Of a stretch of 49,569 nucleotides of DNA, positions 1-8,612 are shown in pieces. The notes under the pieces are model-generated. The model ran no database searches. It saw only the letters and a list, made by a program, of their open reading frames with translations, and was not told the origin of the DNA. Made by a program: the position numbers and the translations under genes. How positions within the stretch are numbered: position 1 is the stretch's first letter; each line of letters begins with the position of its first letter. This DNA is from Actinomycetota bacterium (lineage in GTDB: Bacteria > Actinomycetota > UBA4738 > HRBIN12): assembly GCA_050998695.1 (NCBI GenBank), contig JBPCPX010000006.1, forward strand, positions 1-49,569, in the 5' to 3' direction.

Positions 1-46
1 TTTTCCTCCCCTGCGGGGGGGTGGGGGGGGCCGAACCCGCAAGTCG

Positions 47-850
47 CTAGGGCGCACCCAGGATCGCATCGAGTGGGAACGGCCCGCTGGCGTTCGACAC
101 GAAGACCTCGTACACCGTCGCACAAGAGTTGTCGGAGTACACCGTTGCCCTCGGCGCGTCCGGTATCAGATCTGCATGCACCACGGTTGGATTTCCGTCA
201 GCGCTCACGAGTATCTGCCAGGTCCCGGAACTCGAGGCGATGATCTCGAACAAGCAATCGGATCCAGGCGCCCATGTGTAAGTCAGGGTGTCGATCTGTG
301 TGTACGACCCACCGAACGCGTCGATGCCCGGATCTTCGGTCGGGGGGTCCGGAGTGATGACGGCCTCGGCGCCCAGGCTGTCGCCATCGGTGGGGATATA
401 GACGCGACGAGAAGGACTGATCCTCCTGTTCCCCTGCTTGTCGGTCACCACCACGCGATAGTCGGTCCTCGTGCCCTCGACGCCGGTGATGTCAGGGCTC
501 TTCGACCCTGCACCCGTGCCACTGGCCACGGTCGTCCATGGGACGGCCCCGACCGGGCGGCTCTGTAGGGTCCATGTCTGGACCCCGGGAATGTGCGTCC
601 GAGACCTGGAACGGGAAGGTGAAGTTCGCATCCGTCGAGCTCCCCCAGACGCGAAGCGGCGTCGTGGTCATCGTGATGACCGGAGGAAGGAGATCGTGGA
701 GGACGTCGGGGAAGGTGTTGGGCACGAAGTCGACGCACCCGTTGCCGCATGGGGCCGGTCCATCCCAGAGGCTCGCAACGCCCCACCAGTACGCGGGCGT
801 CAGGTAGCTCTTCGGAATCGTGACCTTGGCGGTGGTTCCCGACAGCTTGG
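47..850 (-). pseudogene. Hypothetical (probably exported, beta-rich) protein, apparently split by a frame change at about 581-600. No canonical start codon for the upstream part.
   Basis: Two minus-strand ORFs (492..1013 and 47..631) overlap. High GC3 and protein-like composition run in the first frame down to ...FTFPFQVSDAH. They then continue in the other frame from IPGVQTWTLQSRP... to the stop at 47. The switch sits on the run TCCCGGGGTC. No ATG/GTG/TTG is in frame between the upstream stop (914) and the onset of coding signal. Confidence 0.45.
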
Positions 851-913
851 CGACCGTAGGTAACGGATGAACTGCGAGCGGGTCGGCTGCATCGCCGCCG
901 GGAGCGGGTGAGG

Positions 914-2128
914 TCAGAAGTCGACGACGCACCACGGGGCGGGCGTGGAGGCGAACATCTTGTCGGCGCGGTCCAGCGCGCCCGTCGACTGCTCGACGAC
1001 CTGTCCCGCCCACGTCAGCTGCTGGAAGCTCGAGCCACCGAGGTACGTCGCACCCAGGATGTTCACCGACCCCGAGAGATCGGCGTCGGCGTCGGTGCGG
1101 GCGGCCCTACCCGCTCCCCCGTTCGCGATCAGCTCGTAGTTCCCGGAGGTCTCCGGCCGGAAGGGATCGACGATCCCGAAGACGACACGTCCGTCCGCCG
1201 CGTAACGGCGAGCCTCGAGCGCGGCCACGACGTCGATCACCCGTACCCACAGACCGTCGGCCACGCCGAATCGCAGCCGACGCGGCTCTCGCACCAGGTG
1301 GAGCAGCGGATCGTCGGCGGGGCGGTTCCACGCTTCGACCGTGGCCACGAGGTCCACGTCGAAGAGGTAGCGCCAGATGTCGGCGTACCCGGACGGGGTG
1401 GACGCCACGCACTCCTTCACGGTGATGGTGCCAGCGGGGACGGACCGGGGCCAATCGTGCTTCATCCAATAGACGGCGTATCCGTCGGCCTCCTCGGCCT
1501 CATCGAGATGGACCGCGTACATCCACGGCCGATCCTTGTCCTCGCCCACGGTCGCGAAGTTCTGGTCCCGCAGAGCGATGTTCCTCTCGACACCGCCAGG
1601 GCGCATCGAGGTCTCGTAGACACGATCGATCACCGGCATCGCTTCGTCCTTGGGGAGGAGCTCCACGTGTCCCCGTGCCTCGTACCCGCGGACGAACCCC
1701 ATGCGAGCGGACTCTGCCTGGACCTCCCCGAGGAGTCCGGCGAGCCCGTAGCCGAAGCGTCCGTAGATGGCTCCCTCGGATGCGAAGAGCGCGGCGAGCG
1801 GCTCTCCGCGGTCCGCGGCCTGGTCGAGGATCGCGGTCATCATCTTGGTGTTGATCCCGCGACGTCGGTGCGTCGGATGCACTCCAACCATGGTGACACC
1901 CGCCGTGGGGACCCTCGCTCCGCCCGGGACCATCATCCGGAAGGTGATCGCGGCGGACGTCCCCACGATCCGGCTTCCGTCGACGGCCGCGAAGGAGCGA
2001 TCGGTCTCGATGACCGGGAGCCACGCCTCGATCTCGTCGTCCTTGGCGGTCGAGCTGAACGCCGTATCGGTCGCCCGGATCCAATCGACCCGTTCGTCCT
2101 CCGTGATAGTGCGGACCTCGATGTCCAT
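914..2128 (-). CDS. Eis-family GNAT N-acetyltransferase (GNAT domains plus SCP2-like C-terminus)
   Basis: 404-aa ORF with ATG at 2128. Acetyl-CoA motif region VGVHPTHRRRGI. Overall length and layout are typical of Eis-like acetyltransferases. Confidence 0.85.
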   Translation of the reverse strand: MDIEVRTITEDERVDWIRATDTAFSSTAKDDEIEAWLPVIETDRSFAAVDGSRIVGTSAAITFRMMVPGGARVPTAGVTMVGVHPTHRRRGINTKMMTAILDQAADRGEPLAALFASEGAIYGRFGYGLAGLLGEVQAESARMGFVRGYEARGHVELLPKDEAMPVIDRVYETSMRPGGVERNIALRDQNFATVGEDKDRPWMYAVHLDEAEEADGYAVYWMKHDWPRSVPAGTITVKECVASTPSGYADIWRYLFDVDLVATVEAWNRPADDPLLHLVREPRRLRFGVADGLWVRVIDVVAALEARRYAADGRVVFGIVDPFRPETSGNYELIANGGAGRAARTDADADLSGSVNILGATYLGGSSFQQLTWAGQVVEQSTGALDRADKMFASTPAPWCVVDF

Positions 2129-2172
2129 GGCCAGGGGAGACTAGCGGCTCGGCCGGCTCCTTCTGACCGCGC

Positions 2173-2943
2173 TCACGCGTCCAGGATCGCGTCCAGTCCC
2201 ACCGTCAGACCCGGATGTGTCGGCACCCACCGGATAGCCATCAGCACCCCCGGCACGAACGACGTTCGATCAGTGGAGTCGTGCCGGACCGTGAGCGTCT
2301 GGCCCTGGCCGCCGAAGATGACCTCCTGATGCGCCACGAGGCCGGGCAGCCGGATCGAGTGGATCCGGATGCCGGCTCGTTCGCCGCCACGGACGCCGGG
2401 GAGGGACTCGGAGGACGGCCCGCTCCACCCCTCGGGGCGGGTCGCCGCGACGGCGTCCGCCGTCGCGGCCGCCGTCCCCGACGGAGCGTCCGCCTTCCCG
2501 TCGTGATGGAGCTCGACGATCTCCACCGCCGGCAGGTACCGCGCGGCCTGGGCGGCGAACCGCTGCATCAAGGCCGCGCCGATCGCGAAGTTCGGGGCGA
2601 CGAAGACGCCGACCGGCGCCTCTCGCCAGGCGTCATCGAGGTCGAACCCGGTGGTGCCGACGACGACGTGCACACTGTGCTCGATCGCCCACCCGATGTG
2701 CTCCGGAGCGAACTCGGCGCTCGTGAAATCGACTGCGACCTCGACGCCCGCTTCGAGGAACGAGTCGAGGTTCTCCGCGAGCACCAGGTCCGAGTTCTGG
2801 AGGCCGAGTGTCTCGGACGCCTTCTCGCCCTCCTTCGAGCGGGAGATCCCGGCGACGAGCTCCATGTCTTCCTCGGCGTACACGGCGCGACACACCTCGG
2901 CGCCGACACGCCCGGTGGCGCCGATCACGCCGACGCGGATCAC
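2173..2943 (-). CDS. dapB: 4-hydroxy-tetrahydrodipicolinate reductase
   Basis: Nested at the 3' end of the artefactually long ORF 2173..3960. GTG at 2943 gives 256 aa starting VIRVGVIGATGRVG (Rossmann motif), with ELHHDGKADAPSGTA further in. GTGA overlap with the upstream peptidase stop. Confidence 0.92.
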   Translation of the reverse strand: MIRVGVIGATGRVGAEVCRAVYAEEDMELVAGISRSKEGEKASETLGLQNSDLVLAENLDSFLEAGVEVAVDFTSAEFAPEHIGWAIEHSVHVVVGTTGFDLDDAWREAPVGVFVAPNFAIGAALMQRFAAQAARYLPAVEIVELHHDGKADAPSGTAAATADAVAATRPEGWSGPSSESLPGVRGGERAGIRIHSIRLPGLVAHQEVIFGGQGQTLTVRHDSTDRTSFVPGVLMAIRWVPTHPGLTVGLDAILDA

Positions 2944-4214
2944 ACCATCACGTCGGCGAGGTCGCGTTTCGCGAAGGGCCCGAGCACCGTGAGCGTCATC
3001 GGCCGCGACAGTACCCGCTTGGCCACTTGCTGCGCGTCGCTCAGGGTGACGTCCTCCACGCGCTTGAGCGCCTGGCTCACCGTGAGGATCTCGCCGTGCC
3101 CGATCTCCGATTTCCCGATCCTCGACATGCGGCTCCCGGGGTCCTCGAGTGAGAGCACCATCGAGCCCTTCACATGACCCTTGGCGCGCTCGAACTCCTC
3201 GGCCATCAGACCCCCGCCCGCGACATCTTCGAGCTCGCGTCGGAGCAGCCCGATCACCTCTCGCGCACGAGCGGGTGTCGTGCCCGCGTAGCACGAGAAG
3301 AGGCCCGCCTCCGTGTACTGCGAGTGATAGCTGTACACCGAGTACACGAGTCCACGCTTCTCCCGGATCTCCTGGAACAGCCGCGAAGACATCCCGGTGC
3401 CGAGCGCGCCGTTCACGATGAGGAAGGCGAACCGGTCGGGATCGCTGCGCGGGAGGCCGTTCGTGCCGAGACAGATGTGCGCCTGCTCGGTCTTCCGCCG
3501 CTTCACCAGCGGCTTGGCGGAGGATTCGGGCGCGGTCTGGCTCGCACGGAGGTTCCACCCCTGCGGATCGCCGGTGCCGGTGATACGGCCCGTGTCCATG
3601 CGGTTCCGCAGCATGTCGAGCACCTCCTCGTGCCGGAGGCTGCCCGCGGCCGCCACCACGAGCCGGCCCGGCACGTAGTGGCGCCGGTAGAACCGGTGGA
3701 CCTTGTCCCGCGTGGCCGCACGGATCGTCTCGCTGGTTCCGAGGACGGGCCGGCCCAGCGGGTGGTTCGGCCACAGCGCCTCGGTGAAGAGATCGTGCAC
3801 GACCTCCTCCGGCGAGTCCTCGTGCATGTTGATCTCCTCGAGGATCACCTGCCGTTCGGCATCGAGGTCCGCCGATCGCAGCACCGAGTGCTGGAACATG
3901 TCGGCGAGGTGGTCCACCGCGAGCTCGATGTCTCGGTCGAGGACCCGCGCGTAGTAGCACGTGTACTCCTTGGACGTGAAGGCGTTCACGTCCCCGCCGA
4001 CCGCATCGAAGTTCTCCGCGATGGCGCGCGCCGTCCTTTCCTTGGTTCCCTTGAACAGCAGGTGTTCGAGGAAGTGGCTCGAGCCGCTGATGGCCGGCGG
4101 CTCGTCGCGGGATCCGGCGAGCACCCAGAAGCCGAGCGACACGGAGCGGACGCCAGGCATCCGCTCCGTGACCACCCGCAACCCCGAAGAGAACTCGGTT
4201 CGCTCGATCCCCAC
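2940..4214 (-). CDS. pepR: M16 (pitrilysin) family zinc peptidase
   Basis: 424 aa with GTG start preceded by GGAGG. Inverted zinc motif HFLEH (HxxEH). Position directly downstream of pnp matches the actinobacterial pnp-pepR arrangement. Confidence 0.9.
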   Translation of the reverse strand: MGIERTEFSSGLRVVTERMPGVRSVSLGFWVLAGSRDEPPAISGSSHFLEHLLFKGTKERTARAIAENFDAVGGDVNAFTSKEYTCYYARVLDRDIELAVDHLADMFQHSVLRSADLDAERQVILEEINMHEDSPEEVVHDLFTEALWPNHPLGRPVLGTSETIRAATRDKVHRFYRRHYVPGRLVVAAAGSLRHEEVLDMLRNRMDTGRITGTGDPQGWNLRASQTAPESSAKPLVKRRKTEQAHICLGTNGLPRSDPDRFAFLIVNGALGTGMSSRLFQEIREKRGLVYSVYSYHSQYTEAGLFSCYAGTTPARAREVIGLLRRELEDVAGGGLMAEEFERAKGHVKGSMVLSLEDPGSRMSRIGKSEIGHGEILTVSQALKRVEDVTLSDAQQVAKRVLSRPMTLTVLGPFAKRDLADVMV

Positions 4215-4235
4215 TGATCCGCCTCCAGAGGTCGG

Positions 4236-6563
4236 CTAGCTGGACGACCCCTTGTCGGCGTCGCGGAACCGTCGGCCGTGTCGCCGCGGCCCACCATCGG
4301 CCCCGTTCCTCGGCTCGCGGGTCTCACGCGACTCGCGGTTCTCTCGCGGCTCGCGGGGCTCGCGCGGCCCGCGACCCTCACCGCCGGAAGACCGCTCGCC
4401 CTCGGGAACGTCCCACTCCGGACCGACGGGCTTCAGGCTGATCTTGCCCTGTGCGTCGACGTCCTCGACCACGACGGTGAGCTTGTCGCCTTCCCTCACG
4501 GCCTCCTCCACGGAGTTCAGCCGCTTGCCCTTGCCCAGCTTCGAGATGTGCACGAGACCGTCTCGGCCGGGCACGAGGTTCACGAACGCACCGAACGTGG
4601 TCGTCTTCACGACCGTCCCGTCGTAGGTCTCGCCCTGCAGGATGGGACGGGGGTTCGCGATCTCGTCGATCATCCGGGCGGCGTCATCGGCGCCCTCGCC
4701 TTCGTGCGAGCCGATGAACACCGTGCCGTCATCTTGGATATCGATGTCGGCGCCGGTCTGCGCGATGATCTCGTTGATCCGCTTGCCCTTCGGTCCGATC
4801 ACCTCGCCGATCTTGTCCACCGGGATCTGGATCGTGATGATCCGCGGCGCGATCGGGTTGACGGCATCACGCGGGGCCGGGATCGTCGCCTCCATCACGT
4901 CGAGGATCGTGAAGCGAGCCTCGCGGGCCTGCTCCAACGCTCCGGCGAGCACCTCGGCCGGCATCCCGCTCACCTTCATGTCCAGCTGGATCGCGGTGAC
5001 GAACTCGCGCGTGCCGGCGACCTTGAAGTCCATGTCACCCAGCGCGTCCTCGGCACCGAGGATGTCCGTCAGGGTCACGTAGGTGCCGTCCTCGGCGATC
5101 ATGCCCATCGCGATCCCGCCCACCGGCGCCTTGATCGGTACACCGGCGTCCATCAGCGAGAGCGTGGACGCGCACACGCTGGCCATCGACGTCGAGCCGT
5201 TCGAGGCCAGAACGTCGGACACCAGTCGCAACGTGTACGGGAACTCTTCCTCCGAGGGGATCACGGGGACGAGCGCTCGTTCGGCCAGCGCCCCGTGACC
5301 GATCTCCCGGCGGCGAGGCGAGCCGACGCGGCCCGTCTCACCGGTGGAGAACGGCGGGAAGTTGTAGTGGTGGATGTACCGCTTGGAGTCCTCGAGATCG
5401 AGCGTGTCGATCATCTGGTTCATCCGGAGCATCCCGAGGGTCGTGACGTTCAGGGCCTGGGTGTCTCCACGCTCGAACAGCGACGATCCGTGAGCCCGGG
5501 GCAAGAGCCCGACGTGAGCGGAGAGCGGGCGGATGTCCCTCGCCCCGCGACCGTCCAGCCGGACCCCGTCCGCGATCACGCGACCGCGCATGACCTTCTT
5601 CTCGAGCGACTTCCAGGCAGGTGAGAACTCCTGGCTCCGCTGGGCGAAGGTCTCCTCCCCCAGCACCTGCGCCAGATGCGCCTTGGCCTCGTCCTTGAGG
5701 GCCGACATGTTGGCCTCGCGCTCTTTCCTGTCGGGCACGAGCGCGGTCAGGACCTTGTCCTTCGCGAAGGACTCGAGCGCCTCCCAGAGATCGGGCTGGT
5801 ACAACGGGTGAGGCTCGAAGTCCGACGGCTTCACGCCGACCGACGCCAGGAACTCCTCCTGGAACTCGATGACTTCGGCGATGACCTCCTTCGCCCGCTC
5901 GATGCCCTGGCTGACGACCTCCTCGGTGGGAGCGGTCGCGCCCTCTCCTGCTGCCAGGAGCGGCCAGGTCATGTCGGGCGCCTCGCCCTCGATCATCAGG
6001 ATGTCGATCCCGCCCTGGTCGTTCTTCGAGCCGGCCACGACGATGTCGAAGGTCGCCTCGTCGAGCTCGGAGAACGTGGGGTTCACGGTCCACTCACCGC
6101 CGATCAGGCCGAGGCGCACTGCGCCGACCGGACCGTCGAAGGGCAGGCCCGCGATCCCGACCGCGAGCGACGCCGCGTTCATCGCGGGGATGTCGTACGC
6201 GTTGTCCATGTCGACCGAAAGAACCGTGATGACGACCTGGACCTCGTCCCGATAGCCCTCGCGGAACGAGGGCCTCAGGGGACGGTCGATCAGTCGCGCC
6301 GTGAGGATCGCCGTCTCGGACGGACGTCCTTCGCGACGGAAGAAGCTGCCGGGGATCTTCCCCCGGGCGTACATCCGCTCTTCGACGTCGATCGTGAGCG
6401 GGAAGAAGTCGATCCCCTCGCGGGGGTTGGAGCTCACGCAGGTGGCGAGCACCATCGTGTCGCCGTAGCGAGCGACGGCGGCGCCGTCGGCGAGCTTGGC
6501 GAACGTGCCGGACTCGAGAAGCAGATCCTTGGTGCCGATCTGCCGTGACATGCTGGTGGCCAT
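4236..6563 (-). CDS. pnp: Polyribonucleotide nucleotidyltransferase (PNPase) with an Arg/Glu-rich C-terminal tail
   Basis: The ORF 4236..6749 contains two RNase PH domains plus KH and S1 domains. The likely start is the internal ATG at 6563 (MATSMSRQIGTKDLLLESG...), preceded by CAGGAGG. The upstream 62 codons are Arg/Pro-rich and lie in the leader. Confidence 0.95.
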   Translation of the reverse strand: MATSMSRQIGTKDLLLESGTFAKLADGAAVARYGDTMVLATCVSSNPREGIDFFPLTIDVEERMYARGKIPGSFFRREGRPSETAILTARLIDRPLRPSFREGYRDEVQVVITVLSVDMDNAYDIPAMNAASLAVGIAGLPFDGPVGAVRLGLIGGEWTVNPTFSELDEATFDIVVAGSKNDQGGIDILMIEGEAPDMTWPLLAAGEGATAPTEEVVSQGIERAKEVIAEVIEFQEEFLASVGVKPSDFEPHPLYQPDLWEALESFAKDKVLTALVPDRKEREANMSALKDEAKAHLAQVLGEETFAQRSQEFSPAWKSLEKKVMRGRVIADGVRLDGRGARDIRPLSAHVGLLPRAHGSSLFERGDTQALNVTTLGMLRMNQMIDTLDLEDSKRYIHHYNFPPFSTGETGRVGSPRRREIGHGALAERALVPVIPSEEEFPYTLRLVSDVLASNGSTSMASVCASTLSLMDAGVPIKAPVGGIAMGMIAEDGTYVTLTDILGAEDALGDMDFKVAGTREFVTAIQLDMKVSGMPAEVLAGALEQAREARFTILDVMEATIPAPRDAVNPIAPRIITIQIPVDKIGEVIGPKGKRINEIIAQTGADIDIQDDGTVFIGSHEGEGADDAARMIDEIANPRPILQGETYDGTVVKTTTFGAFVNLVPGRDGLVHISKLGKGKRLNSVEEAVREGDKLTVVVEDVDAQGKISLKPVGPEWDVPEGERSSGGEGRGPREPREPRENRESRETREPRNGADGGPRRHGRRFRDADKGSSS

Positions 6564-6806
6564 AGGCCGTGTACCTCCTGTTGTGGGCGGCGCCTTCGTG
6601 GCGCCGCGGCTGCGGGAGGCGGCGGGCCGGTTGTCAGTGGTGGGCCTCCGGCGTGTGGTGCTGGGCGCTGCGCAGGGTTCTGGGCGCTGCGCGCCGTCCG
6701 GGGGTCCGCGACTGAGAACCGACCGTGATGGGGCTCCTCCGCCTCCCATCGGGCCGGTCAGTGGGTCGTTCGCATCACTCCTCTTCGGGGCTCCTGACGC
6801 TGTCGG
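6564..6806 (-). promoter_or_regulatory. rpsO-pnp intercistronic leader with hairpins and a 13-nt direct repeat
   Basis: 243-nt gap between the rpsO stop and the pnp start. CTGGGCGCTGCGC occurs twice (6661-6673 and 6680-6692, plus-strand spelling). An 8-bp stem GCGGCGCC/GGCGCCGC lies about 20 nt upstream of the pnp SD. Structured, RNase III-processed pnp leaders are known in other bacteria. Confidence 0.4.
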
Positions 6807-7076
6807 TCAACGGCGCAGCCCGAGCTTCGCGATGAGTGCCCGGTAGCGTTCGATGTCCTCACGCTTGATGTACTCCAGGAGCCGTCTCCGCCGTCCCACC
6901 ATCTTCAGCAGACCTCGCCGGGAGGCATGGTCCTGCTTGTGGGTCTTGAGGTGCTCGGTGAGCTCGGCGATGCGCCGCGTCAGCACCCCGACCTGCACGT
7001 CGGCAGATCCCGTGTCACCGCTGGAGAGGGCATGCTCCTGGATGATCTCGTTCTTCGATTCTTTGGTCAGCGTCAT
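6807..7076 (-). CDS. rpsO: 30S ribosomal protein S15
   Basis: 89 aa: [15 protein letters not shown]...[29 protein letters not shown]. Canonical S15. Confidence 0.97.
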   Translation of the reverse strand: MTLTKESKNEIIQEHALSSGDTGSADVQVGVLTRRIAELTEHLKTHKQDHASRRGLLKMVGRRRRLLEYIKREDIERYRALIAKLGLRR

Positions 7077-7155
7077 GGTTGCAAGTCAAGGCTACCAGCA
7101 CCGTCCGGGTCCGGGACCGTCCTCATGCTGCATCGCAACCCTCTACGATGCCGCG

Positions 7156-7857
7156 ATGGCGGGCAGAGGGCGCTTCGGAGCGCTGTGCGGCGTGCTCGGG
7201 CCTGTTGCGTTCACGGTCGCCTGGCTCGTGGCGCAGCGCCGCCAGGATGAGTACCAGTTCAGGCACGAGCACATCAGTGGCTTGGCCGCGAAGGATGCGA
7301 ACGACCCATCCGTGATGACGGCCGGGTTCGTCGCGCTCGGCGGCTGCACCGTGGCGTTCGCCTCCGCGTTGGACCGGAGGCTCGGCCCACGGACGGGCGC
7401 GGGTCCGACCCTCATCGGGGTCGCCGGCCTCGCCACGATCGTGGCCGGTCTCTTCCGGCGAGATCGACGGTCGAACTTCCCCGCCCCCGGCGAGCCCGAG
7501 GGGCAAACCTGGGAGAACGACGTGCACGACGCGGCCGCGGCCGTCGGCGGTGTCGCCGGCACGGTCGGCTTGGTGGCGCTCGCCCCGCGACTCGCGCGGG
7601 ACCCAGTGTTCCGAGACCTTGCGAGACCCGCGCTCGGCGCTGCCGGCGCGAGCGCAGGCATCTCGGCGTGGTTCCTCGGCGACGTGGTACGGCCCGGCAA
7701 CGGCCTTCTTCAGCGCGCGAACCTGACGATCCCGCTCGCGTTCATGGCCCGACTCGCGCTGCGCCTCTTCAACGAACGAGATCGGACATCTGGCTCCGCG
7801 AGACGGTCCTCTCGGACCGTCCCGTCCTCCGACGTGGACGAAGACCAGACGAGCTAG
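7156..7857 (+). CDS. DUF998-like integral membrane protein
   Basis: The 3' part of ORF 6853..7857. The ATG at 7156 lies just past the divergent rpsO. 233 aa with several hydrophobic segments and an HEHISGLAA motif typical of DUF998. Confidence 0.7.
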   Translation: MAGRGRFGALCGVLGPVAFTVAWLVAQRRQDEYQFRHEHISGLAAKDANDPSVMTAGFVALGGCTVAFASALDRRLGPRTGAGPTLIGVAGLATIVAGLFRRDRRSNFPAPGEPEGQTWENDVHDAAAAVGGVAGTVGLVALAPRLARDPVFRDLARPALGAAGASAGISAWFLGDVVRPGNGLLQRANLTIPLAFMARLALRLFNERDRTSGSARRSSRTVPSSDVDEDQTS

Positions 7858-8612
7858 ACGAGACCGCGCGCCGCCCATGCCAGGGCCGTGAGTGTGAACG
7901 GTGGAGCAGGCAGCAGCTCGCGGCAGCGTTCGCGCAGCCGGGCTTGCCGTTCCGCGTCGAGACCGGCCGCGTGACCGCCGGCGGGGCCCACGCCGCGGGT
8001 GAACGGGTCCCACCACTCCTCGAAGGTCGGATGCACGACGCTGACGGACAGAGCGCAGTCCTCGATCTCCCGCAGACCGGCTTCTTCGAAGAGCTGGCTG
8101 AGGTGACCCTCTCGCGCGCCCGCGAGGGACGACTCATCCTCGACACGAGGATCGAGGTCGCGCGCCGCCTGCCAGAACACGCTGAGTGGTCCCCAGCCGC
8201 CGGCGTGATCCCACACGCATGCCGCGACGACACCGTCCTCGCGCGTCACGCGAGCCATCTCGCGAAGTCCTGCGACGGGGTCTGCCATGAAGTGAACGAC
8301 CAGTTGCGCCAAGGCGGCGTCGAAGACTCGATCTTCGAACGGCAGCTCCTCGGCCGCGGCACGTTGGACGCTGACCCCAGGGTGACGCTCCCGAGCTGCT
8401 GCGACGAAGGGCTCGGAAGGATCGACCGCCGACACGGCGTCCGGTCCCAACCGCCTCACCAGCTCGGCGGTGAGCGAACCGGGTCCGCAGCCGACATCGA
8501 GCGCTCGCTGACCGGCATGCACGGCTGCAAGCTCGGCGAACGTAGGGGCGAGGGGCGCCGAGTATCGCCCCATGAAACGGTCGTACTCATCAGCCCCCAC
8601 GATGAAGCTCAT
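7854..8612 (-). CDS. Class I SAM-dependent methyltransferase
   Basis: Internal ATG at 8612 (MSFIVGADEYDRFMGRYS...) overlaps the ribF stop as ATGA. SAM-binding motif LDVGCGPGSL. 252 aa. Confidence 0.85.
   Translation of the reverse strand: MSFIVGADEYDRFMGRYSAPLAPTFAELAAVHAGQRALDVGCGPGSLTAELVRRLGPDAVSAVDPSEPFVAAARERHPGVSVQRAAAEELPFEDRVFDAALAQLVVHFMADPVAGLREMARVTREDGVVAACVWDHAGGWGPLSVFWQAARDLDPRVEDESSLAGAREGHLSQLFEEAGLREIEDCALSVSVVHPTFEEWWDPFTRGVGPAGGHAAGLDAERQARLRERCRELLPAPPFTLTALAWAARGLV

Noticed and set aside
1-46. G7-T-G8 tract and CCCC-TGC-GGGG hairpin at the left edge, considered as a terminator for the gene ending at 47
   Set aside because: On the minus strand the hairpin is followed by A residues, not U. 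On the plus strand the T run precedes the stem. It therefore fits no intrinsic-terminator orientation. Being at the window or contig edge, the long G tracts may also be an assembly-end artefact. It is worth only a read-level check.
2944-3960. N-terminal 339-codon extension of the dapB ORF (2173..3960)
   Set aside because: The extension overlaps the M16 peptidase gene in another frame and is Arg/Pro/Gly-rich. A GTG with a Rossmann motif at 2943, plus a GTGA overlap with the peptidase stop, gives a normal-length DapB.
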